A DNA stretch of 64,000 nt from Bacilli bacterium. GTDB lineage: Bacteria > Bacillota_I > Bacilli_A > ML615J-28 > CAG-698. The stretch lies in NCBI GenBank assembly GCA_017962745.1, contig JAGCUR010000005.1:7193-71192 (forward strand), written 5' to 3'. The notes under the pieces were generated by a model. It saw only the letters and a list, made by a program, of their open reading frames with translations. It was not told the DNA's origin and did no database searches. The position numbers and the translations under genes are program-made. Below are positions 1 to 10,556 of this stretch, piece by piece (position 1 is the first letter of the stretch; the number at the start of each line of letters is the position of its first letter).

Positions 1-198
<198 letters not shown>

Positions 199-269
199 CT
201 ATTTGCAACCATTATATAACTTTTTTTTGGTATTTTCAAGAAATGAAAACATTATCTTTGTTTCCAAAA

Positions 270-300
270 TGCAGTTGTGTTAAAATGATTAAAGAAGGGA
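270..300 (+). promoter_or_regulatory. Putative extended -10 promoter (TGtTAAAAT) and RBS (AAGAAGGGAAG) for rqcH
   Basis: gtgttaaaat motif about 25 nt upstream of the ATG at 310; GA-rich RBS 7 nt before the start. The -35 is weak. Confidence 0.3.
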
Positions 301-309
301 AGTGTAATT

Positions 310-1875
310 ATGGCTTTTGATGGCGTATTTGCCCATTACATGTTAGAAGAGATTAAACCCGTTTTAATCGGCAAAAGAATATCTAAAGTTGAAGCTATCA
401 ACGAGACTGATTATGCTTTTAGCCTAGCCGGAAAGCTAGCTTTAATTTTATCAGCCGATAAAAACTTTTCGCATTTCCGCGTTACGCAAAAAGATTTTAT
501 CCATACTGATAATCATTTTGGTAACATTTTAAAGAAGTATTTCAACTCTGCTTTCATTGATTCAATCAATCAATTTGGGTCTGATCGTATCATTTGCTTA
601 TCAGTTACTAAAAATGATGAGTTAGGCTATCCTAAAGTTTACAAATTAGTATTTGAGTTTACGGGAAAAACTTCTAACTTAATTATATTAGATGAGGCTG
701 ATATCATAATTGAAGCATATCACAAACATTTTGAGATTGATTCTAGAATCATTAGTCCAAATGTGGCCTATGCAAAACTAGAATCTACTAAAGTAGACCC
801 GTTTAGTATGAAAAGCGATGATACTACTTTACAAGAAAACATCTACGAAGGTGTATCAAAACTTTTGTTTAGTGAATGCTGTTATGTATCTTCACTTTTA
901 AATGTAATTAATAGAAAAGTAGATCCTACTTTAATAGCTGGTAACAAAATTAACTTCTACTGCTTTGATTTACTTCATTTAGAGGGTGAAAGAATAAAGT
1001 ATGATGATTTATCTAGTTTGATTGAGGGCTATATTGAAAAATCAAAACTGGCATCTACTGAAAACGCAGATGAGAAATTAGCTAAAGCATATTGTCTAAA
1101 AGAATTAGAAAAAGCTAAAAACAAATTAGCTAAACAGGCTGACGAGTTAGCTAAAGCTAAAAACTATGCATCCTTAGAGCGCGATGCCCAACTACTTGCT
1201 AGTAACATTCATCTAGTTAAACCTTATCAAGAAGAAATCAAAGTGATTGATTATAATACTGGTGAAGAAGTCACTTTACCTCTAAACACCAAAATCAGTC
1301 CAAATGAAAATGTTAACTTCTACTTTAATAAAGTTAAAAAGCAAAAAAGAACAATTGAAGCCCTTGATGAACAAATCGAAAATACCCATCAAGAGATTGA
1401 ATATTTAGAAACTTTATTAAACCAAATCTCTATTGCTACAAACTCTTCAATTAAAGAAATCTGTAAAGAGATTGGCCTAGCTAAACCTGATAAGAGGATA
1501 GTTAAACCAGCAATTACTAGATATATTGATGAAGATGGGTATGTAATATTAGTTGGTAAAAACAATACCCAAAATAATTACATCACAAATAAACTAGCTA
1601 GAGCTAACGATTACTTCTTCCATATTGCATCATATCCTGGCTGCCATGTTATTTATAACGGGCCACTAACGGAAGATAAAATAAAACTAGTAGCTAGCAT
1701 TTGTGTTTACCATTCGAAAAAGACGAGTATTATGGCTGTTGACTATGTTCAAGTAAAATACTTAAAGAAAGTAAAAGGAACAAACGGTTCGTTTGTTACT
1801 TACACTAATCAAAAAACAACGCATGTGGATGGAGATATAGAATATATTAACGCTCATGCTAAACTAGTAAATTAA
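310..1875 (+). CDS. rqcH: Ribosome quality control protein RqcH / fibronectin-binding protein A (NFACT family)
   Basis: N-terminus MAFDGVFAHYMLEEI..GKRISKV resembles B. subtilis YloA/RqcH (MSFDGMF..GGRITKI). Central coiled coil and C-terminal NFACT-R-like region. Adjacent to gmk as in Bacillus. Confidence 0.8.
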   Translation: MAFDGVFAHYMLEEIKPVLIGKRISKVEAINETDYAFSLAGKLALILSADKNFSHFRVTQKDFIHTDNHFGNILKKYFNSAFIDSINQFGSDRIICLSVTKNDELGYPKVYKLVFEFTGKTSNLIILDEADIIIEAYHKHFEIDSRIISPNVAYAKLESTKVDPFSMKSDDTTLQENIYEGVSKLLFSECCYVSSLLNVINRKVDPTLIAGNKINFYCFDLLHLEGERIKYDDLSSLIEGYIEKSKLASTENADEKLAKAYCLKELEKAKNKLAKQADELAKAKNYASLERDAQLLASNIHLVKPYQEEIKVIDYNTGEEVTLPLNTKISPNENVNFYFNKVKKQKRTIEALDEQIENTHQEIEYLETLLNQISIATNSSIKEICKEIGLAKPDKRIVKPAITRYIDEDGYVILVGKNNTQNNYITNKLARANDYFFHIASYPGCHVIYNGPLTEDKIKLVASICVYHSKKTSIMAVDYVQVKYLKKVKGTNGSFVTYTNQKTTHVDGDIEYINAHAKLVN

Positions 1876-1876
1876 A

Positions 1877-1910
1877 AGAACATATTTCTTAGGAAATATG
1901 TTCTTTATTT
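1877..1910. terminator. Bidirectional rho-independent terminator between convergent rqcH and nth
   Basis: Hairpin aagaacatatttc-ttagg-aaatatgttctt flanked by A and T runs; overlaps the 3' end of nth. Confidence 0.6.
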
Positions 1911-2524
1911 ATACATATATTGCTAAATGGACAATTGTCACATTTAGGGCTTTTAGCTGTGCAGATGTTTCTACCAAATGCGATTAGTAGATGATGTAAG
2001 TGACACCATGTAGACTCTTCAAAATAATTCTTTAAATCTTTTTCAACGCCTACTACATCTTTTGCTTTAGAAATACCTAATCTATTAGCTATTCTAAAGA
2101 TATGCGTATCAACTGGCATAGCAGGTATTTTATAGCCTTCTACCATCACAACACTTGCTGTTTTATGGCCTACCCCTGGTAGGCTTTCTAATTCAAGGAT
2201 TGTTTTAGGAATATCACCATTAAACCTTTCAACTAATTCTTTACTTAAAGCTACGATGTTTTTAGCTTTAGAATTAGATAAGCCAATTGGTTTAATGATT
2301 TCTTTTACATCTTCTTCTTTGGCTTTAGCTAAACTATAAGTATTTGGATAAGCACTAAATAAAGTAGGTGTTACTTTATTAACAGCTACATCCGTAGTTT
2401 GAGCTGATAGCACTACACTTACTAATAATTCAAATAAATTATTATAAATTAGGCCACATTTAGCATTAGGAAATAATTTATCTAATTCTTCATAAATATA
2501 ATTACTTGAGACTGTTAAAGACAT
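1889..2524 (-). CDS. nth: Endonuclease III (HhH-GPD DNA glycosylase with 4Fe-4S cluster)
   Basis: HhH motif LPGVGHKTASVV and C-terminal CX6CX2CX5C cluster (CTAKSPKCDNCPFSNIC); 211 aa. Confidence 0.9.
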   Translation of the reverse strand: MSLTVSSNYIYEELDKLFPNAKCGLIYNNLFELLVSVVLSAQTTDVAVNKVTPTLFSAYPNTYSLAKAKEEDVKEIIKPIGLSNSKAKNIVALSKELVERFNGDIPKTILELESLPGVGHKTASVVMVEGYKIPAMPVDTHIFRIANRLGISKAKDVVGVEKDLKNYFEESTWCHLHHLLIAFGRNICTAKSPKCDNCPFSNICINKEHIS

Positions 2525-3116
2525 TATTAAATTTCTCTTGTAAATTGCTATCTACTTTACTATCTTGAGTTCTAGTTGTATCCATTAAATAAGCATCTAC
2601 GAATCTAGAACCTATTTTTTTCTTCATCGCACAAGTTTTGATAGCTTCACTTACTTCTTCATATGTATATTCATCATCAATGATCCAATGATTGATCATT
2701 TGTAAATCCATTGCGGATGGAGTTTTATTAAAGTAAGTTGCAAAGTCTTCAGCTACTTTTTTAACGATGCTAGTTTTACTAACTTCATCGTTATTAGCAT
2801 CATCTCTATCAAGCAGTGTTGCTAGGCGGTTATAAATACCATCAAGGTTAATAACTTCCCCGTTTTCACCGATATCAATAGTTACATAGCCTCTCTCAAC
2901 TAGTCCTACGATCTTTTTACTAACTTGATTAACATCAATACTCATCTTTGATGCTACACTTGCTGCATCTAGATTCTTTTTGTATTTGATTAATTCGTTA
3001 ATCTTAATTAAGATGATGGCATCAACTTCATCTAAATCAAGGCAAAAATACTTTTCTAATACTAATTTATCAAAATCGATTACTTGGTTTTTAATTAATG
3101 TATAATATTGACTCAT
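2502..3116 (-). CDS. dnaD: DnaD-domain replication initiation / membrane attachment protein
   Basis: 204 aa; N-terminal winged-helix-like region and C-terminal DnaD/DDBH2-like region; lies immediately upstream of nth as in the B. subtilis dnaD-nth arrangement. Confidence 0.6.
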   Translation of the reverse strand: MSQYYTLIKNQVIDFDKLVLEKYFCLDLDEVDAIILIKINELIKYKKNLDAASVASKMSIDVNQVSKKIVGLVERGYVTIDIGENGEVINLDGIYNRLATLLDRDDANNDEVSKTSIVKKVAEDFATYFNKTPSAMDLQMINHWIIDDEYTYEEVSEAIKTCAMKKKIGSRFVDAYLMDTTRTQDSKVDSNLQEKFNNVFNSLK

Positions 3117-3823
3117 TATTTATTACCTGCCACAATTCCTAATGCATTTTTAGCGGCTATTTGTTCCGCTTCTTTTTTAGTCTTACCAATACCTTTACCT
3201 AACATTATACCATCATGATATACAGCTACTTCAAAAGTACGATCATGAGCAGGTCCAGATGATGATAATAGTTCGTAGTTAACACTATTTCTACTTTCTG
3301 CTTGGATGTATTCTTGAAGTTTGCTCTTATAATCGATAAAGAAACCATAATCATCAGTTTTCATCTTTGGAAAAACATGTTTAACTAAGAAGTCCCTAAC
3401 ATATTCCATATCGTGGTCTAAATACATAGCCCCAAGAAATGATTCAAAGACATCTCCGATTATAGCATCACTAATGCCATCGTTATATCTAACCCCATGA
3501 CCAACTAATATTAGTTTATCAATTTCTAATTCTTTCGCATAAGTAGCGTTTGCTTGTTCGCAAACAAACTTTGCTCTAATCTTAGTCATCGTACCTTCTG
3601 GGATATTACGGTTATCGTATAAGTATTCGGCTACTAAAAAGCCAAGTATTGAATCCCCTAAGAATTCTAATCTTTGATAATTCTCAAGTTTTTTGCCTTT
3701 AGTTTCGTTGACATAAGTTTGATGGGTAAAAGCTTGTTCATATAAACGCATTGAGTTATAAGTTAAGCCAAGCTTTTTCATCACCTTTTTAAACTCAGGT
3801 GCAAAACTAAATTCTTCACTCAT
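3116..3823 (-). CDS. rnc: Ribonuclease III
   Basis: RNase III signature ERLEFLGDS and C-terminal dsRBD (KGIGKTKKEAEQIAA); 235 aa. Confidence 0.95.
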   Translation of the reverse strand: MSEEFSFAPEFKKVMKKLGLTYNSMRLYEQAFTHQTYVNETKGKKLENYQRLEFLGDSILGFLVAEYLYDNRNIPEGTMTKIRAKFVCEQANATYAKELEIDKLILVGHGVRYNDGISDAIIGDVFESFLGAMYLDHDMEYVRDFLVKHVFPKMKTDDYGFFIDYKSKLQEYIQAESRNSVNYELLSSSGPAHDRTFEVAVYHDGIMLGKGIGKTKKEAEQIAAKNALGIVAGNK

Positions 3824-4823
3824 TATTTTGTTCCTCTAATGATAAATAAGTCTTCATCATTTCGACAACTTCGCCTTTAACCGCTTTTCTAGCTTGGGCA
3901 ATCGCAAACTTGAAGTCCATAGCTTCACTAGATCCATGTGATTTAGTAACGATTCCATCAACTCCAAAGACTAAAGCGCCGCCAACTTCAGCTCCACTCA
4001 TACGGTACTTGAAGTTTTTGAAAGTCTTTCTCATGAATAAGTAACCAATCTTACTAAAGAAAGATTTACCAATTTCTTCTTTTAAGATAATACCAACTGC
4101 TTTAGCAGTTCCTTCTACTGATTTAATACAGATGTTTCCTGAATAGCCATCAGTAATGATAATATCGCAAGGAGTAGTAAATAATTCTTTTGGCTCAACG
4201 TTACCGTAGAAATTAATTGATTCACATTTTTCAAATAAAGCGAATGCTTCTTTTTCTAGTTCACGACCTTTTCCTGGTTCAGTACCGATATTAAGCAAGC
4301 CTACAAGTGGTTTTTCAATACCTCTAGTTTTACTTAAATAAACGGAAGCAAACTGCGCATGTTGAAGCATATGTTCTGGTCTGATATCAGTATTAGCACC
4401 AACATCTAGAACTAATCTAGATTTGCCACCAACTACTGGCATAGCTGGACATAATGCAACACGTTGCATTCCCGGTATTCTTCTAATAATCATATGGGCA
4501 GCTACAATTACTCCTTGAGTAGGACCAGCAGTAACTACGCCATCGCATTCTTTATCATGAACTGCTTGGAATGCTTTAACTAGTGATAACTCTTTATTTG
4601 TTCTAATTGTTCTAATCGGATCTTTTTCACCCATTGATAAAGCTTCAGGTGCATGCACGATTTTTACACGATTTGATGGAACTAAATATTTCTTAATTTG
4701 TTCTTCATCACCAAATAATGTGAATTCCACATCATCAAATTCTTTAACTGCTAAGTTAACGCCCTTTACAATTTCACTTGGTGCGTTATCGCCACCCATG
4801 GCATCAATTGCAAGTTTAATCAT
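3816..4823 (-). CDS. plsX: Phosphate acyltransferase PlsX
   Basis: MIKLAIDAMGGDNAP N-terminus and overall PlsX length (335 aa); 8-nt overlap with rnc. Confidence 0.9.
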   Translation of the reverse strand: MIKLAIDAMGGDNAPSEIVKGVNLAVKEFDDVEFTLFGDEEQIKKYLVPSNRVKIVHAPEALSMGEKDPIRTIRTNKELSLVKAFQAVHDKECDGVVTAGPTQGVIVAAHMIIRRIPGMQRVALCPAMPVVGGKSRLVLDVGANTDIRPEHMLQHAQFASVYLSKTRGIEKPLVGLLNIGTEPGKGRELEKEAFALFEKCESINFYGNVEPKELFTTPCDIIITDGYSGNICIKSVEGTAKAVGIILKEEIGKSFFSKIGYLFMRKTFKNFKYRMSGAEVGGALVFGVDGIVTKSHGSSEAMDFKFAIAQARKAVKGEVVEMMKTYLSLEEQNNE

Positions 4824-4835
4824 ATGTTCCTCCGT

Positions 4836-6854
4836 TTATTCGATTATTTCTTTTTTACTTTGATAATTATCATCCGCAAGTTTTAATAATCTTGCATACT
4901 CTTTACTAAATAGATTACCACTATCGATTAATTCTTGTGCTTCTTTATTAGCTACTTCTAAAACATCTTTATCAACTAATAAGTCAGCTAACTTAAATGT
5001 TTGGAAACCAGATTGTTTCTCGCCGAATATTTCACCGCCACCGCGCATGATTAAATCTTCTTCGGCTAGAATAAAGCCATCGCCTACTTCTTCAATTAGT
5101 TTAAGACGCTTAATTGCAGTCTCTACTGTAGAATCAGATAACAAGAAGCAGTATGCTTGATAATCACTTCTTCTAACACGACCACGCATTTGGTGAAGTT
5201 GGGCAATACCGAATCGATCTGCATCAAGGATAGCGATTGTAGTAGCATTGATGACATTTACACCAACTTCAATAACGCTAGTTGCTACTAATATTTGATA
5301 TTCATTAGACGCAAACTTGCGCATAATTTCATCTTTTTCTTCTGTCTTTAGTTTACCATGAATTAACCCAACATTACAAAAACCATCGTAGAATTTCTCA
5401 ACGCGATTATAAACATCAATCGCATTTTGTAATTCCATTACATCTGATTCATCAATCATTGGAGCAATAATGTAAGCTTGACGACCTTTTTTTACTTCGC
5501 CACCGATGAAGTTAAGTACTTCTTGTAAATGCGTATAATCTAAATACTTAGTAATAACTTCTTTTCTATTACCAGGCATTACTTTGATTGTAGAAATATC
5601 AGAATCCCCTAAGATACTAATAGCAAGCGTTCTTGGAATTGGAGTTGCACTCATCTTCAAATGGTCGATTAAGTAACCTTTACCAACCATTGATACTCTT
5701 TGTCTAACACCAAATCTATGTTCTTCATCAGTTACAACTAAACCAAGTTTTTTAAAGAATACTTCTTTTTGAATTAAAGAATGCGTACCAATTACGATAT
5801 TAATGTTTCCATTTTCTAAATCATCAAGGATTTCTTTTTTAGCTGCTCCGGTAATACTTGAAGTAAGCAAAGCAACTTTAATTTCACTATTAGCGAAGAA
5901 ATCGCTAAATGTTTTATAATGTTGGAATGCAAGTACTTCTGTTGGAACCATAATAGCTCCTTGATAACCAGCTGTTGTAATTGCATATAAAGCAATAGCA
6001 GCTACCACTGTTTTACCGCTTCCTACTTCACCTTGAAGAAGTCGATTCATTTTGTATGTAGAACTAACATCACCTAAAATATCATTTAAGCATTTTTCTT
6101 GATCGCTAGTTAGCTTATATGGAAGAGAATTGATAAAGTTATTAACTTTATCTTTATCATAATCAATACTTACACCTTCAGGGGCATTCTTACGCATATA
6201 AAGCATATATTTAACTTTTAATTCGAACTTTAATAATTCTTCAAATTTAAGTCTTTTAATTGCTTTAGATGTTTCTTCCATTGATTCTGGAATATTAATA
6301 TATCTAACTGCTTTCTTAATACCGATTAAATCATACTTTTTAAGTAGATCATCTGGTAAGTCTTCTTCTAATAAATATGAATAATCATAATATAATCTTT
6401 CTTTGATCTCTAATACTTTTTTATCATCAACACCTTTAATATTAAATATAGGGTTAATTGCATTGCTTAACTCATCAAAGGCAATTTCTGATGCAATAAA
6501 GTGATCAAGTCTACCATCAAATTTACCAGTAAGTCTTACATACTTACCATAGAATATTTGGCTTTTTAAGAAGTGACGATTAAAAATCGTTACTCTTATT
6601 TTATTACCATCAATATCTACATAGAAATTCATTACGCTTAAATTTGATTTTACATTAGCAATTGTTGCTTTGCCTTGTGCAATACCAGCAATTGTTAATG
6701 TTTTTCCAATCTCTACATCACAATAATTAGTAATTGTATAATCTTCAAATCTTGAAGGGTAATGATAAAGCATATCTTCTACCGTATTAATACCGGCTTT
6801 TTTAAATGTTTGTACTTTCTTGGCTGTCAAGAATGTGATTTCACTCAAATCCAT
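4836..6854 (-). CDS. recG: ATP-dependent DNA helicase RecG
   Basis: 672 aa; wedge domain, Walker A GEVGSGKT, DEEH box, and TRG-motif region typical of RecG. Confidence 0.9.
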   Translation of the reverse strand: MDLSEITFLTAKKVQTFKKAGINTVEDMLYHYPSRFEDYTITNYCDVEIGKTLTIAGIAQGKATIANVKSNLSVMNFYVDIDGNKIRVTIFNRHFLKSQIFYGKYVRLTGKFDGRLDHFIASEIAFDELSNAINPIFNIKGVDDKKVLEIKERLYYDYSYLLEEDLPDDLLKKYDLIGIKKAVRYINIPESMEETSKAIKRLKFEELLKFELKVKYMLYMRKNAPEGVSIDYDKDKVNNFINSLPYKLTSDQEKCLNDILGDVSSTYKMNRLLQGEVGSGKTVVAAIALYAITTAGYQGAIMVPTEVLAFQHYKTFSDFFANSEIKVALLTSSITGAAKKEILDDLENGNINIVIGTHSLIQKEVFFKKLGLVVTDEEHRFGVRQRVSMVGKGYLIDHLKMSATPIPRTLAISILGDSDISTIKVMPGNRKEVITKYLDYTHLQEVLNFIGGEVKKGRQAYIIAPMIDESDVMELQNAIDVYNRVEKFYDGFCNVGLIHGKLKTEEKDEIMRKFASNEYQILVATSVIEVGVNVINATTIAILDADRFGIAQLHQMRGRVRRSDYQAYCFLLSDSTVETAIKRLKLIEEVGDGFILAEEDLIMRGGGEIFGEKQSGFQTFKLADLLVDKDVLEVANKEAQELIDSGNLFSKEYARLLKLADDNYQSKKEIIE

Positions 6855-6930
6855 AAAGCCACCTCTTTTCTAAAAAAGGTAACGTTTCAATCTCGATATA
6901 GACTAATTCGTTACCATCATTTTTATAATA

Positions 6931-8616
6931 TTATTCTACAGCAACTATGTAATTATATACGTCTTGTCCACCATTAACTACTTGTACATCAACATTAGAA
7001 TGGTTTCTTTGAACATATTTAGCAGCATCATTTGCTTCTCTTTCGCTAACACCATTACCATAAATGATAGTCACTAATGATTTATCATCATTAACTGCCA
7101 TATCAATTACTTCTTTAAATGTGTTGTATAAATGACGATGTGCTGATACTAGTTTGCTATCAAGCATGCCGATGTAGTCATTCTTTTCTACATTCACATT
7201 GTTAACTTTAGTCTTTCTAATAGCATAAGTAATTGCGATGCTTGTTACATTTTCAAGTTGTGCTTGCATATCGCTAACGATATCGTCAACTTCACTTGAT
7301 AAGTCAATCATTGTTAAGGCTGAGAAACCTTGAGCAATTGTCTTAGCAGGAATTACTACTACATTGCTTTCATCATAAATCTTGGCAGCTTGGTTGGCAG
7401 CTAAGATAATGTTCTTATTGTTAGGGAACACAATAATATTTTCTGCGTTAAGATGATCAAAACCTTTAATAAAGTCTTCAGTAGATGGATTCATTGATTG
7501 TCCACCACTTACAACATAATCAACACCAAGTTCTTTGAATGTTTGTGTTAAACCTTCGCCGTTAGCAACTGCAACGATTGCATATTTGCTTCTTTCAGCT
7601 GGTTTAACTGGCTTTTCTTCAACTTCAACTTCTTCAACAGGTGCCTCAGTTGGCTTTTCTTCCTTGCTAGCAAGAGTTGTATGTTGAAGAGTCATGTTTT
7701 CAATCTTTAACTTTACAAATTCACCATATTGTTGACCGATGTTTAATACAACACCTGGAGTTAATGTGTGAACATGTACTTTAACGATGTCTTCATCCTT
7801 AACAATAACGATTGAATTACCAATTGGAGAAATTTGATCTAGTACAGTGTTTTCTGAGAATTCTTCTACACTTCCTACTTTTTCTGGGTCAAGTTTTAAA
7901 ATGAATTCTGTGCAGTAACCAAATTCAGCTTCTTCTTTGTTTAAATCTTCAAAGACTGCTGAAGTACCGAAATTCATAGTTTCTTGACTATCAAGCATTT
8001 CTCCGTTAACCGCTTTACGCATACCTTCAAGAATACATACTAGACCAGCTCCACCACTATCTACTACGCCAGCTTCTTTTAAAACTGGTAATAAATCTGG
8101 AGTTCTATCAAGTGATGCTTTTGCTTCCGCAATGTATTCATCAAAGAATTCATTGATTGACATTCTTGAAGAAGCGATTAAAACTAATTTTTCAGTAGCT
8201 TCTCTAGCTACAGTTAAAATAGTACCTTCCGCTGGTGTTAGGACTGCTTTATAAGCTTGTTCTACACCGCTCTTAAAAGCTTTGGCTAAACTAATAGCAG
8301 TTACGCTAGTATATTTTTCGAAGCCTTTGGAAATACCTCTAAATAATTGTGATAAGATAACACCAGAGTTTCCTCTAGCGCCCATTAACATACCACGAGA
8401 AACTTTTTTAGCAACTTCATATATATTTTTACTGTCGAATTCGGCGATTTCATTAACGCCACCTTCGATAGTCATTCGCATATTTGTACCAGTGTCTCCA
8501 TCAGGAACAGGGAATACATTTAAAGCGTCGATTGTTTGATAGTTACGTTTTAAGTTTTCAGCGCCATTTATAACAAGTAGTTTGTATAAGGCACCATCGA
8601 TTTTGTTTATTTTCAT
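6931..8616 (-). CDS. DAK2-domain fusion protein YloV (Dak phosphatase-like plus DegV-like C-terminus)
   Basis: 561 aa; Dak2 N-terminal domain and uncharacterised C-terminal domain; conserved neighbour of recG in Firmicutes. Confidence 0.8.
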   Translation of the reverse strand: MKINKIDGALYKLLVINGAENLKRNYQTIDALNVFPVPDGDTGTNMRMTIEGGVNEIAEFDSKNIYEVAKKVSRGMLMGARGNSGVILSQLFRGISKGFEKYTSVTAISLAKAFKSGVEQAYKAVLTPAEGTILTVAREATEKLVLIASSRMSINEFFDEYIAEAKASLDRTPDLLPVLKEAGVVDSGGAGLVCILEGMRKAVNGEMLDSQETMNFGTSAVFEDLNKEEAEFGYCTEFILKLDPEKVGSVEEFSENTVLDQISPIGNSIVIVKDEDIVKVHVHTLTPGVVLNIGQQYGEFVKLKIENMTLQHTTLASKEEKPTEAPVEEVEVEEKPVKPAERSKYAIVAVANGEGLTQTFKELGVDYVVSGGQSMNPSTEDFIKGFDHLNAENIIVFPNNKNIILAANQAAKIYDESNVVVIPAKTIAQGFSALTMIDLSSEVDDIVSDMQAQLENVTSIAITYAIRKTKVNNVNVEKNDYIGMLDSKLVSAHRHLYNTFKEVIDMAVNDDKSLVTIIYGNGVSEREANDAAKYVQRNHSNVDVQVVNGGQDVYNYIVAVE

Positions 8617-8694
8617 AATAACCTCACAACTAATCCACTAAAATCTATACCATTTTACCACAGACAGCGAAAAAAATCAAGTAAATAATACATT

Positions 8695-8727
8695 AATAAA
8701 AGGCCTATCTTTTTTTTTGATAGGCCT
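8695..8727 (-). terminator. Rho-independent terminator downstream of lgt
   Basis: Stem aggcctatc / gataggcct with a 9-nt loop, followed on the minus strand by TTTATT. Confidence 0.6.
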
Positions 8728-8732
8728 ATTAA

Positions 8733-9587
8733 TTATTCGTCTTTTATTTCTTCTTCAATTTCCTCAGGACTCTTAGCATCCTTAGCAGTAGCTGTAATTT
8801 GTGATGCTATTTTTAATTCTTCTTGACGCTTATTAGTTAAGTATCTTACAAAGAAGAATAGTGGAATTGTCATAGCAACCATAACGATTGACCAGAATTG
8901 TGATGGAGTTAAACCGGATACAAATTGGCCACGGTCATCTCCTCTAACAAATTCAATCAAGAAACGCCATATACCGTATGCCCCAGTATAAATTGGGAAT
9001 GTATAGTAGAACTTCTTCTTAAGAACTAAAAACATCATTAGTCCACATAATAAGAATAAGAAGGCTGCTTCCATTAGCTGAGTTGGCAGTAAATGATCAC
9101 CATGATACATATTTACTGCAAACCAAGAATACCATTTACCTTCAGGTACTTCCATACCATAACAGCATCCCGCAAAGTTACAACCGATTCTGCCAAATCC
9201 ATGGGCAATCGTGATGCAACAAGGTGCAATCGGTAAAATATCCGTAATTCTACCGCTTAGTTTTGGTCTTCTAATCATATAGATAATAATGAATGTAGCT
9301 ACACCAAAGATAAGTCCACCAATGAATGTTAAGTTTTCTAATGAGAAATGAAAACCAGCTGATGGGTCTTCTAAATAATTATAGAAATCTTGCCAAAGTG
9401 ATGCTCCTAAAAAACCAAGTAGAATTGATACATAGCCAAGCATTTCTGTAAACTCTAAAAACTTAGGATCTACTTTAATCTTTTTACCCATAAATCTAAG
9501 TAAAACGATACAAGCAATAATACCAATACCTATACATATTCCGTATAATGTTACCCACCTACCAGCAATTAATCGATCTGGATACAT
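8733..9587 (-). CDS. lgt: Prolipoprotein diacylglyceryl transferase
   Basis: Multi-TM protein with Lgt-like motifs (HGFGRIGCNFAGCCYG, PTQLMEA); 284 aa with a charged C-terminal tail. Confidence 0.85.
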   Translation of the reverse strand: MYPDRLIAGRWVTLYGICIGIGIIACIVLLRFMGKKIKVDPKFLEFTEMLGYVSILLGFLGASLWQDFYNYLEDPSAGFHFSLENLTFIGGLIFGVATFIIIYMIRRPKLSGRITDILPIAPCCITIAHGFGRIGCNFAGCCYGMEVPEGKWYSWFAVNMYHGDHLLPTQLMEAAFLFLLCGLMMFLVLKKKFYYTFPIYTGAYGIWRFLIEFVRGDDRGQFVSGLTPSQFWSIVMVAMTIPLFFFVRYLTNKRQEELKIASQITATAKDAKSPEEIEEEIKDE

Positions 9588-9608
9588 AATTTACCTCCTA
9601 AATGCAAG

Positions 9609-10544
9609 TTATAACTTACTTGCAATCTCCTCAATTTCTCTCAAGCAATGAGATATTCCTGATTTACTCATTGGTTTACCAAAGTATGTAGAATCTTCGC
9701 TGCAAACTTCACTTAAATCACCCAACGTATAATCAGGATAATCAATCCTTAGTAGCACTGCCCCAATTAATCTTGGTGACAATGCTGCATAACCAATTGT
9801 TTCTTCTATCTTTTTAATAGCAGCTAGCTGCCTATTAGTAGCTTCCTCAAATCTAGCGCCATTGGCTAAGTCGCAATTAACCATTCGGTTAGCATAGTTT
9901 TCATAATCTCTTTTAATTCTTGCATCTTCGAATCGATATAATTCATTATATGCACCAATTAACTTTAGAAAGTCACCAATCGCTTCGCTTTTCTTTAAGT
10001 ATACTACATGTCCCTTTTCTCTAACTATACATTTCGCATGAATATCATAATATGATAATCCTCTAATGATATAATTTGCTTCATTTTCGTTAGAGCAAAC
10101 TATTTCTAAATGATATCTTTTAGTTTTATCGGGATCATTGATTGATCCTTTAGCTAAAAACATACCAGTTATAACTTTTTCTATTTTTGCTTCATATTTA
10201 TCTGATACTTCTTCATTGATTAAGTAGCCATCACTACTTAAATCTAGGTCAATCAATATATCTTTAAGCCCATCTTTTAACCTTATGACAAACATCGTTT
10301 GTCCTTTTAGTTTCGATTGACTTTTAGAATACATTTCATAATTAGCATTATATAGTTTCTTTAAGATAGCAGCCATTTTTCTCGTGATTGTGTTAGATGT
10401 AGTAGATAGATCTAACCTAACACCATCATGAGATAATCCAATCTCCCCTTTTAGTTTGATATAGCCATATAGTATCGCCTTATCATCTTCAAGGGTTGTC
10501 TGAATTGTCGCTACTTCTTTTTTGACTTGGCGAGCATATGACAT
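9609..10544 (-). CDS. whiA: DNA-binding protein WhiA
   Basis: 311 aa; degenerate LAGLIDADG-like N-terminal domains and C-terminal HTH; length and layout match Firmicute WhiA (YvcL). Confidence 0.8.
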   Translation of the reverse strand: MSYARQVKKEVATIQTTLEDDKAILYGYIKLKGEIGLSHDGVRLDLSTTSNTITRKMAAILKKLYNANYEMYSKSQSKLKGQTMFVIRLKDGLKDILIDLDLSSDGYLINEEVSDKYEAKIEKVITGMFLAKGSINDPDKTKRYHLEIVCSNENEANYIIRGLSYYDIHAKCIVREKGHVVYLKKSEAIGDFLKLIGAYNELYRFEDARIKRDYENYANRMVNCDLANGARFEEATNRQLAAIKKIEETIGYAALSPRLIGAVLLRIDYPDYTLGDLSEVCSEDSTYFGKPMSKSGISHCLREIEEIASKL

Positions 10545-10556
10545 AGCTGCCTCCTT

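Noticed and set aside
6762-6977. 71-aa plus-strand ORF spanning the recG/yloV intergenic region
   Set aside because: It overlaps the 5' end of recG and the 3' end of yloV on the other strand, has no RBS and no motif. It is likely spurious.
8282-8539. Short opposite-strand ORFs inside yloV, uvrA (12103-12300, 13433-13657, 13956-14192), pcrA (16571-16888), glnS (18781-19029), tsaD, tsaB, the FAD oxidoreductase (32712-33266), ktrB (36159-36497), ktrB/ktrA (36719-37135), addA, addA/addB (43156-43545), the permease (49963-50391), the ABC ATPase/cls junction (51897-52163), cls (53325-53591), and the PP2C genes
   Set aside because: All are embedded in well-supported longer genes on the other strand, lack RBSs and show skewed composition. 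They are treated as spurious.
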